NCBI GenBank assembly: GCA_043228905.1
Contig: JBHGNT010000003.1
Coordinates: forward strand, 4,836,001-4,900,000
Direction: 5' to 3'
Source of the DNA: Azolla caroliniana
Taxonomy: Eukaryota; Plantae; Polypodiophyta
DNA length: 64,000 nt
The notes under the pieces were generated by a model. The model was not told where the DNA came from. It worked only from the letters and a program-made list of their open reading frames with translations, and ran no database searches. A program made the translations under genes and the position numbers. Below, one piece after another: positions 12,811 through 24,944 of this stretch; positions within the stretch are counted from its first letter, which is position 1; the number at the start of each line of letters is the position of its first letter.

Positions 12811-15800
12811 TTAGTTTCTGTTCATTCCAGCCAGCTTGACACATAACTCAAGCTTTTCTTTAGAGACTACCTTCATCAACATGTCAGCAACATTTTCATC
12901 TCTGTGAATTTTCTTGAGTTGTAGAAGTTGATCTTCAATTGTCGAGCACAGCCAATGATACCTTACATCAATATGTTTCGTACGAGAATGGTACATCGAG
13001 TTCTGGCTTAGATCTATTGCACTTTGGCTGTCACAAAATATCACATAAGTTAGTTGACTTAAACCCAAATCTGAAACAAACCTTTTCAACCATAGCATCT
13101 CTTTGGCAGCTTCAGTGGCTGCAATATATTCCGCTTCTGTTGTAGACAAAGCAACACATTTTTGCAACTTAGATTGCCATGACACGGCTCCCCCTGCAAA
13201 TGTAAATAAGTAAGCCGAAGTAGATTTTCTCCCATCGAGATCTCTTGCCATATCTGAATCTGAAATACCTTCAAGAGTTTGTTTAGAATCTCCAAAACAT
13301 AAACATAATTTTGATGTACCTCTTAAATATCGAAAGATCCATTTTACGGCATCCCAATGAGACTTACCCGGATTGGAGAGATATCTACTTACAACACTAA
13401 CGGCATGGGCAATATCTAGCCTTGTGCTAACCATAGCATACATCAACGAACCAATCGCTGAAGAGTAAGGAATTGAGGACATCTCTTCTTTCTCTTGCTC
13501 GGTATGTGGACAGTCTTTTCTACATAATTTAAAATGGCTAGCAAGGGGGGTACTTACTGGTTTTGCAATATGCATATTAAACCTTTCTAATACTTGTTCT
13601 ATGTATTTTTCTTGAGAAAGCCACAGCTTTCTACATTCCCTATTGCGAGTAATTTTCATGCCTAAAATATGCTTAGCATGACCTAGATTTTTCATGTCAA
13701 AGGCCTTAGATAGATCCACCTTTAACTTGTGGATATTTTCTACATCTTGTCCTACAATTAGCATATCATCGACATACAATAAAAGAATTATAAAATTACC
13801 TTCAGAAAAATGCTTAACATACACACAATGATCTCCATTAGACTTGGTGTAGTCTTGACTTGCCATAAATGAATCGAACCTTCTATACCATTGTCTCGGT
13901 GCTTGTTTTAGGTTGTAAAGACTTTTCCTCAGCTTGCATACCATATGTTCCTTTCCTTTTTCTTCGAAACCCTCCGGTTGTTCCATGTAGATCTCTTCCT
14001 TCAAGTCTCCATGCAAGAAAGTTGTCTTTACATCGAGCTGCTCAATCTCAAGATTTAAAGTGGCTGCCAAACCTAAAACAACTCGAATAGAACTCATTTT
14101 CACAACTGGTGAGAAAATTTCATCGAAATCAATACCTTTCTTTTGGCCGAAACCTTTTACGACTAAACAAGCCTTATGTTTTACAAGGTTATCATCACCC
14201 TGTTTTAACTTAAACGCCCATTTATTTTTCAAAAATTTTCTTCGCTTACGAAGTTCTACTAAATCAAAGGTATTATTTTTCTTTAATGAGTTCATTTTGT
14301 CGTGCATGGCTTTTATCCAATCATCCTTATCTTTATGATTTAAAACATCATAATAACTTTCATGCTCCCCTTCGTCAGAGATTAAAACATAATCTGAACT
14401 AGGATACCTTATAGATGGTTTTCGTTCTCTAGTAGACCTTCTAGGTTGTTCATTGACCACCTCTTGTAAGGAAGTTTGCTCCCCCCACTCAAAACCTGTT
14501 TGAGGTAAAATATCATCATGATTAGCTTCAATCCTATTATTTATAATGCCTGGTTCATCAACATCCTCACGGTTTTCGTCTTGTTGGGAAGTATCTCCAT
14601 ATGTAGCATCTTCGGTCGTAAGAATTGGTTCAAAATCAATAAGCCCACCATCTTCTTGAGTGTTAGATTCTTTGACCTTCTCAATATCTTCGATAGTTTG
14701 ATCCTCAACAAATACCACATCACGACTTCGAATGAGCCTCCTTTCTTTTGGGTCATAACATCTATAACCAAACTCATCGTGGCCATAACCAATAAAGATA
14801 CATTCTTTAGATTTAACATCTAATTTAGACCGTTCATCTTTAGGTATATGTACAAAGCACTTACACCCAAACACACGTAAATGATCATATGAAACATTCT
14901 TACCATACCAAACTCTATTAGAAACGTCGCCCTGCAATGCAATAGTAAGAGATAGGTTAATAACATATGCAACGGTACTCAAAGCCTCACCCCAAAAGGA
15001 TTTGGATAACTTCGCATCCGAGAGCAAACATCGAACTCTTTCAACTAGAGTCCTATTCATCCTTTCCGCCAAGCCGTTTAGTCGTGGGATTTTTGGTGGT
15101 GTCCTTTCATGCTTAATCCTGTGTTCTCGATAGTATGCATCAAAAGCTCCAAGGTATTCCCCACCATTGTCGGTGCGAATGCATTTAAGCTTTTCTCCTG
15201 TCTCTCTTTCTACAGAAACATGAAATTCTTTGAGGACATTAAATACGTGGTCCTCAGTTTTCAATGTTCGAATCCAAAGTTTCCTAGAATAGTCATCAAT
15301 AAAAGTAACAAAGTAGAGTGCACCACCTATTGATTTTACCTTTAAAGGACCACATGCATCTGAATGTACCAACTCAAGTACCTATTCCTTTCTTGAAGAA
15401 GAATGTTGTTTGAATGCGACTCTTCTTTGCTTTCCTACCACACAATGATTGCACATGTCTAACTTGGCATCTTTTAGACCCGAAAGCAAGTTTTTCTTTG
15501 CTAGACAATCAAGCCCCTTCTCACTAATATGAGATAACCTTTTATGCCATAGCTCTGACATATTGTTGCTTTCAGTTGCATTCACAAGATTAGTAGAAAT
15601 AGATGCTTGTAATAAATACAAACTAGAGCATTTCTTACCACAAGCTATAACCAATGAGCCCTTAGTGAGTTTCCATTGTCCCTCATTGAAGATGTTGCAA
15701 TAGCCATCATCATCTAATCTGCCGGTTAAGATAAGATGTAAGCGAATGTCAGGTACATGTCTTACCTCCTTGAGAATCAACTTTGAACCCGTGTTGGTTT

Positions 15801-16707
15801 CCAAACAAATAGTCCCGATGCCTACCACCTGTGAAAGACCGTCATTGCCCATCTTCACAACTCCAAAATCCCCTGAATTATAAGAAGTAAAAAACTCCCT
15901 TCTAGATGTGACATGGAACGATGCTCCACTATCAACAACTCAATTAGTTTCATCGTGAGCAAGATTAATCACGTTTTCATCATAAACAACAAGTAAATCA
16001 TCTGATGAAGTTGTATTAACACGATTAGAATTGTCATCGTTACCTTTATTTTCATGCTTACCGCTAGATGTGTGGTTCTCCTTTTTCCACTTGTAACAAT
16101 ACCTCTTTATGTGTCCTATTTTACCACAAAAATGACATTCTAGATTTTTATACCTTGGTTTTGATTTACTTCTACTCCTCCCTCGGTTGTTTTGACCTTG
16201 CCTTGTATGCCTACTCCTCCCTCTCTCAACCATCAAGAACTCCAAATGTGACAATGTCCCTTGTGTCCTTTGTCTCATCTCCTCGTTTAGAACACCGCTC
16301 TTGACATATTCCGTAGTTACAATTCCATTTGGGGTTGCATTAGTTAGAGATACCGTAAAAGTTTCCCATGAATTAGGGAGAGTGTTTAACAACCATAATG
16401 CATTAATCTCATCATCAAATTTCACTCCCATACCAAAAAGTTGGTCGAAACATCCTTGAAATTCATTTAGATGATCTAAAATGGAACTACCTTCTTTATA
16501 CACTAAATGCATTGCTTGTTTAAGAAAGAATAACTTATTGTTACCTGTCTTTGATGCATACAACATTTCGAGTTTATTCCATAGAGCTTTAGCATTAGTT
16601 TCATTCACAATATGGTTTAAGACATTGTTTCCCACCTATTGTCAAATAAAACCACATACCTGTTGATTCTCGAAAAGCCATTCCTCGGTGGAAAAATTTG
16701 CCTCCAT
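12811..16707 (-). pseudogene. copia gag-pol polyprotein broken by in-frame stops
   Basis: ORFs 15940-16635, 15382-15858 and 12811-15372 share one frame. Motifs: CHFCGKIGHIKRYC knuckle, (W)VVDSGAS protease, HSDACGP/RTDNGGEY integrase, LYVDDML RT, CDSQSAI RNase H. Confidence 0.95.
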
Positions 16708-16739
16708 AAGAAGTGCTCAACCTCTGCTCTGATACCACT

Positions 16740-17357
16740 TGTTCCGAAACTTAGTAGCACTTAAACACTTATGTAAAATAGAAAATATGTTGTGCAAGAT
16801 TTAAAAAGGAAACAAGAAAGATACACAACAAATCAATACACAATACACCACAAATTTTTAATGTGGGAAACCCTCAAAGAGGTAAAAACCACGGGACCTA
16901 GTCCAGAACTAACTCACTATCAATATAAATCTGATACACCAAAGTTCTACTCTAAACAAGTTAGAGTACTATGAGCAATCGAGGAATATGATGTTTCCTC
17001 AAAAATAAAAACTCGACAAAAAGGAACGCAAAAACCACCAAAACTCACAACACGTGGCTGATGACGGAGGCGGCGATGTCCGAATGTTTGAGTGTGTTGG
17101 TGTACTTCAGAAAGATTGAAGGAATTAGCTAAGAAAGAGAGTATGTGCTCTCTAAAATCTGTTTCTCTATTACAGCCGAGAAGTGCTCGTTTTTCCCCTT
17201 TTTTTAACACACTCCAAAAAAGAATGCGTTACATAGTGTAGATATGTAAAGTCTTCTTGTGTGAACCCCTTTCACACTATTTTTAAAAAATACAAGTTTT
17301 GAGCGTCCAAGGCCCATTTAATTTACTTATTAATGTGGACAGAAAAAAAACCTAACA
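16740..17357 (-). repeat. copia 5' LTR (618 bp)
   Basis: Adjacent to the tRNA-iMet PBS; direct repeat of 12148-12767. Confidence 0.96.
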
Positions 17358-17815
17358 AATAGAACATCCATGAAAATTACCAGGAGAAAACTATACCATA
17401 TTTCCAGCATAAGTGATTAAACACTTACATGGAGTAAGATGAAACAATGCCGCAATATCTACTATCAATATTTGTGCTAAAGCATCAGTTGCACTACACA
17501 ATGTATAAATCACATCATAGCTAGTGATCCTCATGTCCTGTGCATGCATTGTAAGCGCATGTGGCAATTAATATCGTCATCACATAATGGCTACTTTAGA
17601 GGTAATATTTGCTCTTTCTTTCTCAATAGAGTTGTGACGTGCATCTACCTTTGTCTTTTTGTTGTGTTTTCACTTATATTCCTTTCTCTTTCTTGCTCTT
17701 TCTTAAAATACCTACAACATCTGGTTTCTTGAGGCTTTTTCTGCTACATTGATAACATGCTGCATCCGATTGTTATGTTTATGCACCATGGCTACATTTT
17801 TGAGTTCCTCTTCCA

Positions 17816-17840
17816 TTGTGTGTGTGTGTGTGTGTGTGTG
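17816..17840. repeat. (TG)n microsatellite
   Basis: Visible TG run, within a small local duplication (17808-17935). Confidence 0.9.
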
Positions 17841-18567
17841 GGTCTCTTAAAACTAAATAGGCAATTTGTCTAATTCTTTTCCATTGTGTGTGTGTGGGCC
17901 TCTTAAAACAAAATAGGCAATTTGTCTAATTCTTTTCGAGTCTCCTAACTATGACACTGCTCGCACACCCTTTCCAATATGTTAGGAAAATCGTGCAAGC
18001 ACCACATTAAACTACTAACACTTCATGACACCATCTTTGACTTAATATGATGAGTCTATTTTGATTATGGTTCCTAACAAATGGAAGGATGCAAAAGGTT
18101 ACAATCTTGAATTCTAACATCTAATCATAGTATGTATGTACAACCACCTTGATCATCTATGGTATATGATGGATATTGAGCCATAATCGTGGAGACTGTA
18201 CTAATGTGTGTGTGCCAATAGAAAGGTAACAATATCATGCGTGTTCATACATTGGATTACATGTGAATTATATGAACATCGAAGATGTCCATTTTATATA
18301 CATAATCTCCATAACCTAAACTCATTACACTTAAAAACCTTAACCTTTGCCCTAAACACCAAAAAACTAACCTATAATTCTTGATTTGTTTTGATCAATT
18401 ATCATTCAAACCCATGAAACACAAAAATAATGTGAATTCTTCACTCAAAATATATACTTAGAATGTGTCCCTATTGAGAAATTTTGAACTAATAAAAAAT
18501 CTAAAAATCAATTTGTACATAATAGTGCACACCAGTAACGATACATTAATCAATTAATTAGAAAGTT

Positions 18568-19380
18568 GAAACTATAGAATCAATTCATTGACAAGTAACT
18601 GATCATTCTATATTTAAATGCAAGAAAATTCAGCACTTTCATAGATTGATACTATGACCCACTCCTCCCAATTTATCCGTTTATTCTTGAACCTATATGT
18701 GTTTTCTATGAATAGTTTAGTTCTTTTCTTACTTGAAGTGTTAGTTTAGAAGGATGTACCTACCCCTTTCAAATGAAATGCTTCATGAAAAATGTCAATG
18801 AAAAATGTGTTGGTTGTGATAGTCATTATAAATAGTTATACATCTTGAACATTATTTGAGCCCTGGAAGTTGGAGTAGAGTGTCTTGAATGGTACTAGAT
18901 GAATGTTGGATAAATATCTATTGGGCATCTTCATAAATATGAAATACGCCTCCTGTAAGAAAGAAACCTTGATATCTACCACATCTAAGTAGATCTTGAC
19001 ATATTATTGGAGGTATTTTTGATAAGTTGGGCTGGGAAACTCGAAGATAATGTCCATAGTTTTGGTGACCATCGAACTTATTATTAATAATGGTATTGAC
19101 ATATTTATATCTTTCATTTCGCACATTGTCCCGATGCACTCCACATTCTTTTACTTTTCCGCCAACCCAAATATTGTAAGTCAAGTGAAAATGATCGAGA
19201 GCTTGCATAGATCCGTCACCCAATATTGAATTATAATGGTCAATCACTCTATCGAGACTAAGATCTTGACATTGAATAATTATGACATCATGTTGATATC
19301 GATCCGAATCTATTCCTGTAGATCACTACTAGCTCCTCGAATTAGAAGCTTCGAGCTGGAAAGTGACCCATGCATATAGT
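18568..19380. repeat. segment duplicated as an inverted copy at 20908-21170 and a direct copy at 22826-23520
   Basis: gaaactatagaatcaattcattgacaagtaa is present as reverse complement at ~21140-21170. gaacattatttgagcc...aagtgaccca is repeated at 23040-23510. Confidence 0.85.
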
Positions 19381-19709
19381 TGGTCCTTGATCAATGGCCA
19401 AATATGCTTAATCAAAATTCAACATTAGGTTCCTTTTTTAGTGGGCCAAACCAAGCTTTATTCATCTCATACATGGGCATAAGCATCTTAAACTTGAACC
19501 GGTCAATGCTAACTTTTTGCTTATATAGATGTTGAGCAAGTAAAATGTGTTAGCACCCACCAACCCCACTACACGTAATGGTGTATTCACATCAAATAGA
19601 TCCAAAATGGCCATCTTAGTAGTTCCATCATAGATACCTTATATGTATTTAAAAAGTCATGTATTTGTTTTTCTATAGTTTGAATTGCATCACAAATTAT
19701 TCTCAAAAG

Positions 19710-19735
19710 AAGAGAGAGAGAGAGAGAGAGAGAGA
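19710..19735. repeat. (GA)n microsatellite
   Basis: Visible GA run. Confidence 0.9.
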
Positions 19736-19987
19736 TGTACCGTTAAATCATCATATAACTTTACAAACCCACATAAAACCATACATTATCCAAAAACGGA
19801 TGTACCATTAAAAAAAAACCCATCTTATCCTTGCACCAAAGACAACATAACAAATATCTAAAGCATTTTAACACAGATCATTGAAATGGATACAAAATCC
19901 CACTAATTTAGGAGAGAGTTATTAAGGCATTAGTGCATTAGATGCAACTTAGCTAAATACGACAATATAAAGACATACGTTTTTTTA

Positions 19988-20907
19988 TTGGAACTCTTCC
20001 CTCCCCGAGAGGGTCAAGGTGTTTTTTTGGCTAATCACCCATAGGGTTGTTCCAACCGGAGAGTGGCTGGGGAAAAGGAGTGGCACGAGTAACTGCAAGG
20101 CCTGTGGAGCGAGTTTGGAGGACATCGCACATTGTTTATGGAGTTGCCCACGAGCCCGAGAAGTTTGGAAGAGGAGCTTAAGAATTTTGGCTCGATGCGG
20201 GGTTGAAGTTCAGGTATCAAGTGCAGCTGTTGTTTGGTTAGCTACTGACTCGGCTACATGGTTTCATGGGTGGAATGGAAATAGCCCTACTTTAAAGGTG
20301 GCGAATGGTATAGTTCAGCCAACAGCTCAAGGAGATTCATTCTTCATACAGGACCGATACGTAGATGTTTGGATTTTAGTGGTTGGCCTTACTGTTTGGC
20401 AAGTATGGGTATCAAGGTGTAAGGAGTCTTTTACCGAGAAGCGAACCCCATCGGCTGAGAGTTTAATGATGATTTGGTTTAATTTGATTTCTACGCTACA
20501 AGGTAAGTTTGATAGCCTTCAAGGGCCCTCTGATGTGAGTGAAGAAGCAAGGTACCGCTTCCTTCTAAAATGAAGAGGTTCCCCGATGTTACAGATGGTG
20601 GATGGCAATGCAAAGTGGATATATCAGCCTCCCCGATGGTTGTTCCCGCCTGGGGTACCAAACATAGAGGTAGGTGTTGAATTGTGAAGTGATTGACGGG
20701 TGTCTTTGTTGAATGTGGGTGTGTGAGGCTCATGTTGATGGGCGTCTGTCGAGTTATTATGTGATGAGGCTTAGTTGCTTCATTTATACATGATGTTTTG
20801 TTGTAGCCATTGCAAAGTGGCTTGTAACATATGAGTTGTATATTATTCCATGTACTTTTTCTTAACTAATGGAAGTAGATTGTTTTTGGAAAAAAAAAAG
20901 AAAAAAA
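19988..20907 (+). mobile_element. 5'-truncated L1-type LINE (zf-RVT C-terminus, 3' UTR, poly-A)
   Basis: ORF 20019-20573 with CKACGASLEDIAHCLWSC zinc finger and VWQVWVSRC; poly-A at ~20890-20907. Confidence 0.88.
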
Positions 20908-21167
20908 GAGAACTGAACTATTCAGAAAAACATCCATAGATTCATTTCAAGTAAGATGAGAACTAAACTATTCACAAAAACATCGATATGTTCAAGTATA
21001 ATAGGATAAATTGGGAGGGTAGATCATTGTAATTTGTCATCATAGTATCTATCTAAAAACATTATAGTATCTATTTAAAACTATCCTAAATAGACTTATG
21101 AAAGTGCGGAATTCTCTTACACAAATATAAATTGATTAATTACTTGTCAATGAATTGATTCTATAGT

Positions 21168-22825
21168 TTCTTTTTATTTCTTTTTTTTTCCAAAAAAACT
21201 CCTTCCATTAGTTTACAAATGAGACGATTATGTACAAATCCTTGAAGGGACGCGATAGTTCCATCTTATGTGGATGCCCACTGACTCAAGAAAGGGAGAG
21301 GGTGACCATTGTTTGATGAAGGCTATTCGTTGTCTTTCAACTCCCTCGGAGCCGCCCTTAAGGCCATCATATTGGCTCTTTAGAGTGGCTACAATTTCAC
21401 TCCATATCTCTTGCAGTAACCTTGTTGGATGTACAGTTTGGTTGGAGAAGACTCGCCTACATCGTTGTTTCTATAGAATCCAAAGGGTTATTGGGCTGAC
21501 CAATTCCAACACCTCTTGAGATTTTTCATGAAGAGGAATGGAGTGGACATTGCCACTAGAGGAGAAAAGGACCTCTTGTGCTTTTATCACCAAAGTCATC
21601 CCCTCCTCCTGATGCTCGTATCTGCCAATTGCAGCCTGCCATGATAGCCAACATATATTTCCCCACTTGATTGAGCCTTGCACCTGGCATAATTGCAACA
21701 AGCGGCCAACCCCCTGCCATATTCGATGGGATGTTGGGCAGTCCCACAAAGCGTGTCGTATGGATTCTACTGCATGTGGGAACTCTACACAATTAGGAGA
21801 GCTAAGGTTCCCACGTTGCCATGCTCCCACCGGTAGGGACTCCTGGTTTAATCTACAAAGACTGAATCAATAGCTACATGGGTCCATTTGTTGGCACACT
21901 TCTCACGATGCAAACATAAATGCCTACCCAAGCGAGTTGAGAAGTCAAAGAAACCATGTGATTTACCTTGTTCGTCCCTCCACACATATTCAACAGGATC
22001 CCATTCTAAACACTCAAGTGGCTTGCCTTCAATGTAACATACCAGATCCAATCCTCCTCAACCTCAACGACTGATGGATTCACCTTCCATTTCTTACCGT
22101 TTCGTGCCACAATTCTAATCGGGGACCAACGAGCACCTGCAACTACAGATCCCAACTGGATGATCTTCCCATTCTTTCCTATACCCTTGGCATTGATAAC
22201 TTTTTTGGCATCATCACATTGTCCAAACCATTCACCCTCGTCCCCATTACTAATAAGAATAGAGTAAATAACTTTATCGACTAGATCAAGCATCTTCCTA
22301 CCATTTCTGAACTTTCTCGCATCTTCATATAATTTATCCCGATTACTGAGGGACAACTGCATCCAATTTGCCATTGACTGAATGCCAATACCATGCAATA
22401 TAGCCCACGGCATACCCTTGTGCTGGCCAAGCATCTTCCCCTCAGTCAACTTTAAGGTCTCATTCCACAAGAGGGGTTGGTGCATCCATTCAGCATTAGT
22501 ACTTGGACCTATACGCCTAAGATGCCCATGGAGCATATCCCACGCCTTCATCACTGACATACATGTGCGATAAGCCAATCGATTAGATTTCCGAAGCTTT
22601 AAGTCCATACAAAAGAGCCATGATTTATGTGGCTTCCACCGTCCACCAAGTCGTGGACTCCAAAGGATGCTCCTATTAAAAATCAATGTTTTCCATAACT
22701 CATTTCCGGGCAGCAAGCTCCTTACCAATACCTTACATAGCAATGATTGACTTTGTACTCCAGGGTCTATCAATCCTAGACCCCCCTTACTTTTGGGAAG
22801 AGTCAACGTAGACCATGATACTTTA
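21168..22825 (-). mobile_element. 5'-truncated L1-type LINE, frameshifted
   Basis: TLPKSKGGLGL post-RT motif (22006-22806), ESIRHALWDC zinc finger (21471-21830), poly-T at ~21168-21189. Confidence 0.88.
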
Positions 22826-22980
22826 AAATGAACCTGTGGATGTTTTTGTGAATAGTTTAGTTCTCATCTTACTTGAAATGAACCTATGGATGTTTTTATG
22901 AATAGTTCAGTTCTCTTCTTACTTGAAATGAACCTATGGATGTTTTTGTGAATAGTTTAGTTCTTTTCTTACTTGAAATG
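22826..22980. repeat. ~50-bp tandem repeat x3
   Basis: aaatgaacct(a/g)tggatgttttt(g/a)tgaatagtt(t/c)agttct...cttacttg occurs three times; inverted copies at ~20908-20990. Confidence 0.9.
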
Positions 22981-23552
22981 CTTAGTGAAAAAGGTCAATG
23001 TGTTGGTTGCGATAGCCATTATAAACAGCTATATCTCTTGAACATTATTTGAGCCATGGAAGTTGGAGCAGAGTGTCTTGAATGGTAATATATGAATGTT
23101 GGATAAATATCTACGGGGCCTCTTCATGCATATGAATTACTCCACTTTTAAGAAAGATACCTTGCTATCTAGCACATGTAGGTAGATCTTGACATATGTA
23201 ATTGAGGTATCTTCAATAAATTAGGGTGGGAAATTAGTGTGGGTAGCTTTAGCGAACATTGAACTTATTATTAATAATAGTATTGATAGAATTATATCTT
23301 TGGTTTCACACATTGCCCAATGCACTCCATATTCTTTTACTTTTCCACCATCCAAATATTGTAAGTGAAGTGAAAATGACTTAGAGCTTACATAGACCAA
23401 GATCGTGTCATCGAATAATTATGAAATCACATTGATATCAATCCAAATAAATTATTGTAGATCACTACTAGTTCCTAGAATTATAAGCTTCCTGCCACAA
23501 AGTGACCCATCAATATAGTTTCTCCACGTTATGCTCCTTCTTTAGTGGGTCA

Positions 23553-24272
23553 ACCCATTCAATTGAGACGTTTTGCTTTAGACATAATTCATACTTAATG
23601 ATCCTTGTATATATTCAATCTATTATATTAAAATTGATTTAGATGACAATTATTGAAATGCCCTTACGTTTGAAGGATCAAAGTTTAACCAAGTTACAAC
23701 ATGTGTACTATAGTCTAGTAGTATTATTATATTTATATTTATATACTTTTGTTAGGATCTTTGTTGTAGGAAATTTGATGGGATGTTAAACTCTCTCTCG
23801 AGTGCATGCGTACATGGAAGCCAATCATAAAATGAGGTTGTCTTATGAGCATACTAGATAACTGTTAGCAAAGTCTCAAAGTTAAGAGAATAACTCATGT
23901 AGCTTTATTCATCTCATACATGGGCATAAGCATTGTAAACTTAAACCCATTCAATTCAGACCTTTTGCTTTAGACATACTTCATACTTAATGATCCTTGA
24001 CATAATTCATACTTAATGATCCTTGACATAATTCATACTCAATGATCCTTGTATATATTCAATCTTTTATATTAAAACTGATTTAGATGACAATTATTGA
24101 AGTGCCCTTAGGTTTGAAGGATCAAAGTTTAACCAAGTTACAACATGTGTACTATAGTCTAGTACTATTATTATATAATTTATATTTATATACTTTTGTT
24201 AGGATCTTTGTTGTAGGAAATTTGATGGGATGTTAAACTGTCTCTTGAGTGCATGCGTACATGGAAGCCAAT
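23553..24272. repeat. ~270-bp direct duplication; second copy has a 26-bp unit x3
   Basis: 23553-23825 matches 23945-24272; gacataattcatacttaatgatcctt is triplicated at ~23973-24050. Confidence 0.88.
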
Positions 24273-24310
24273 CTCATAAGACAACCTCATTTTATGATTG
24301 ACTTTGCTAA

Positions 24311-24944
24311 CACTGGTTTCCTGCGCCACTGGCCACATCTCAAAGAGCTCTCTTGATACAGTTCAGCAGGAACGACAGAGGAGGAGCCAATGGATTTCAT
24401 GGATCAGCTAGCACCGCCAAAGAAGGGGGCGGAGACAGTTGGCAGCACCCCTTCCTCACCTCCTCAATTATACCGCCTTCAAGTAAGCCTACCTGCTACT
24501 GCTGCAGTAGTGGATGCACTCTCACCTCGTTGTTAGAGTCTCATTCAAAGTATCTAAACAAAGCTCTTCCATATATCAATGGTTTGTTTCATCTGTTGAC
24601 AATAGTTGCTAGACTTAGGTATTTCCTCTATGGTACCTCTTGGAAGCTCCTTGATTCCTGATTGGACAACCCACCTCAAACTAGCGAAACAATATCCTAT
24701 GATACAAAATAGTTTTGAATAAGAAAAGGATATATTTCTAAGTACACTAGAGTGTGTTTCCAAAGAGTAGCAGAAGTGCTTGGCATCTATATTAAGAGAA
24801 AATGGAGGTTTAACAAACCAAAACATAGCTAAGAAGTTCCATCTCAAGCGTACCATCTATGATGAAGGTGGCAGGTGGTGTACTCTAAGTTGTATGGTTA
24901 TGCAAGATGCATTGTGAAGGAAAAGGTTCTTCTCTCTAAGTTAA
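24311..24944 (+). pseudogene. TRN1-like Roco remnant: end of LRR exon fused directly to the C-terminal domain (Roc-COR deleted)
   Basis: 24311-24520 matches 4060-4290 and 34627-34870 (TGFLRHWP..LKEL; FMDQLAPPKKG; AAVVDAL). 24521-24944 matches the C-terminal coding region (290-712). Stops and frameshifts present. Confidence 0.9.

Larger units (their letters stand above)
12148..17357 (-). mobile_element. full-length Ty1/copia LTR retrotransposon (Tnt1/Tork-like), inactivated
   Basis: TG...CA LTRs at 12148-12767 and 16740-17357; 5-bp TSD AATAG (12143-12147, 17358-17362); PBS TGGTATCAGAGC (16726-16737); PPT AGGGGGAGAT next to the left LTR; gag-PR-IN-RT-RH order. Confidence 0.97.

Noticed and set aside
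18918-19247. 109-aa ORF in the duplicated segment
   Set aside because: The duplicate at ~23100-23400 has indels relative to it; no recognisable domain.
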